Origin: Botryllus schlosseri
Lineage: Eukaryota
Reading direction: 5' to 3'
Assembly (NCBI GenBank): GCA_051294905.1
Contig: CM119372.1
Span: 35,962,001 to 36,026,000, forward strand
Length of the DNA stretch: 64,000 nucleotides
Every line of letters starts with the position of its first letter. Position 1 is the first letter of the stretch. The position numbers and the translations under genes are program-made. The notes beneath the pieces were generated by a model. The model saw only the letters and a program-made list of their open reading frames with translations, did no database searches and had not been told where the DNA came from. Positions 62,637 through 64,000 of the stretch are shown here, piece after piece.

Positions 62637-63892
62637 CAGGACTTTGGAGCCGGAGCCGGATCCCGAAGCCGGAGCCCCGGAGCCGTGCATTTTCACCGGA
62701 GCTGGAGCCGGAGCTCTACATATAATTCAGCCGGAGCCGGAGCTGGAGCCCGTTATTTGAGGAGTAGCTCCGGCTCCGACGTATTTCATAAGATGCTAGG
62801 CTATATATGCAACTACCACATCTGCTGATTTATCATAATTGAACAGCAGGCCTGAATTTTATTGCTGTGTACAGCAATGGCAGCCTGTGTGCGTTCTAGT
62901 GGAACTAGTTACCAACCATTGACAAGTATTCATTAAGATGTCACAAGCCAAGATGTCACCAAAGTCTTCGTTGCTACATCGGATGTTACTGTCGGTTGAC
63001 AAATTCTAGATTACTATAGATAACTAACATATGTGTAGATAAGTAATCTATATAGACCAGAATGGCCTTTTCGGCTAAAGGGACACATGCTATTGACGAA
63101 CGAGTGCGCGGTCCACTAGCCACGCGAAGAGGGTAAAATTTTCAAAGTTTATAAATAAACAAGGTCAATAATATTATTACTTGAGTATATTGCGGGTCTG
63201 CTGTATACCGCCCGCTAGGCTTAGCTTGCAAGGACACGACTATTCGGCGTCTGGCCACATCGATATCGAAGGTCTCCGATAACGTGCGACAATGATTTTG
63301 TGCCTACATTTCATCATCATCATTTCATCTTCATGCGAGCGTAAACGCGAAAAGACTTTCTCCCGTAATTGCGAATACAGTTAGACTCAATCGGGTAAAT
63401 TAGGCTTTTTTTCATTTTTGGTAGGGGGTAGGCAACCAAGCAAGAAATTGTGTGACAATTGAACACGCGAAGCGTGAAGAATTTCACTACTATTTTAGTT
63501 TATTGTGATGTAAGACGATATACTGAAAATGTGACTGTACCATGGATCTGCCAATGCGTCGGAACTGATATTTTGGTCATCAACATCCCAAGTGTCGCAG
63601 TCATACTTCTAATTTTTGGCTGGCATTGCAAGTTCACAATCTGAGCAATTCATTTTCGATAATATAATAAGAAAATACCTCGCAGGCCACGCAAAACTTT
63701 CTCGCGGGCCACATTCGACCCGTGGGTGGGCAACCCCTGATATAGAAAGGCCCATTCGATAATTTCAGAGCCGGAGCTGGAGCAGTGGTAATAATGCGGG
63801 TCCGGAGCTGGAGTCGGAGCTAATGTATGATAGAAGAAAGCTCCGAAGCCGGATCTGGAGCAGTTTAAATTTACGGCTGCTCCAAAGCCGTG
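62637..63892. mobile_element. Non-autonomous hAT element with GGAGCC subterminal repeats
   Basis: Termini CAGGACTTTGGAGC / GCTCCAAAGCCGTG; TSD CTGCCAGA/CTGTCAGA. Confidence 0.8.
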
Positions 63893-64000
63893 CTGTCAGA
63901 TCAGTAACACATTTTCGGGGCGCTATCTGAAAGTTGCTACCAAAAAATTGATTTCGGCTTACCGCCCGTAACATAGATGATAACACAACACTGGGGTTAC

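Overview
Eukaryotic, animal-like genomic DNA (intron-containing genes, dense DNA-transposon debris; a marine invertebrate such as an ascidian is plausible but not provable). The main feature is a largely intact Polinton/Maverick (adintovirus-like) element at ~4.4-23.3 kb. It encodes protein-primed PolB, packaging ATPase, rve integrase with chromodomain, adenain-like protease, a disrupted major capsid gene, two minor-capsid paralogs, two basic core proteins, a BIR (IAP-like) protein and several orphans. Its integrase is split by a hAT element that itself holds a second element. The Polinton ends 375 bp upstream of the last three coding exons of a GPx4-type glutathione peroxidase with a clear SECIS, so it probably sits in that gene's intron. 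The rest of the window holds many non-autonomous hAT elements with 8-bp TSDs, a degenerate piggyBac nested in one of them, a Penelope-like inverted insert with a minimal hammerhead ribozyme, tRNA-derived SINE heads and a multi-exon NACHT/LRR (NLR-like) gene on the minus strand. Most notable: a spliceosomal intron in the pX-like core gene, splice acceptors placed just after upstream stop codons in the early cassette, and a cyclin-docking/CDK-site orphan divergently paired with the IAP-like gene.
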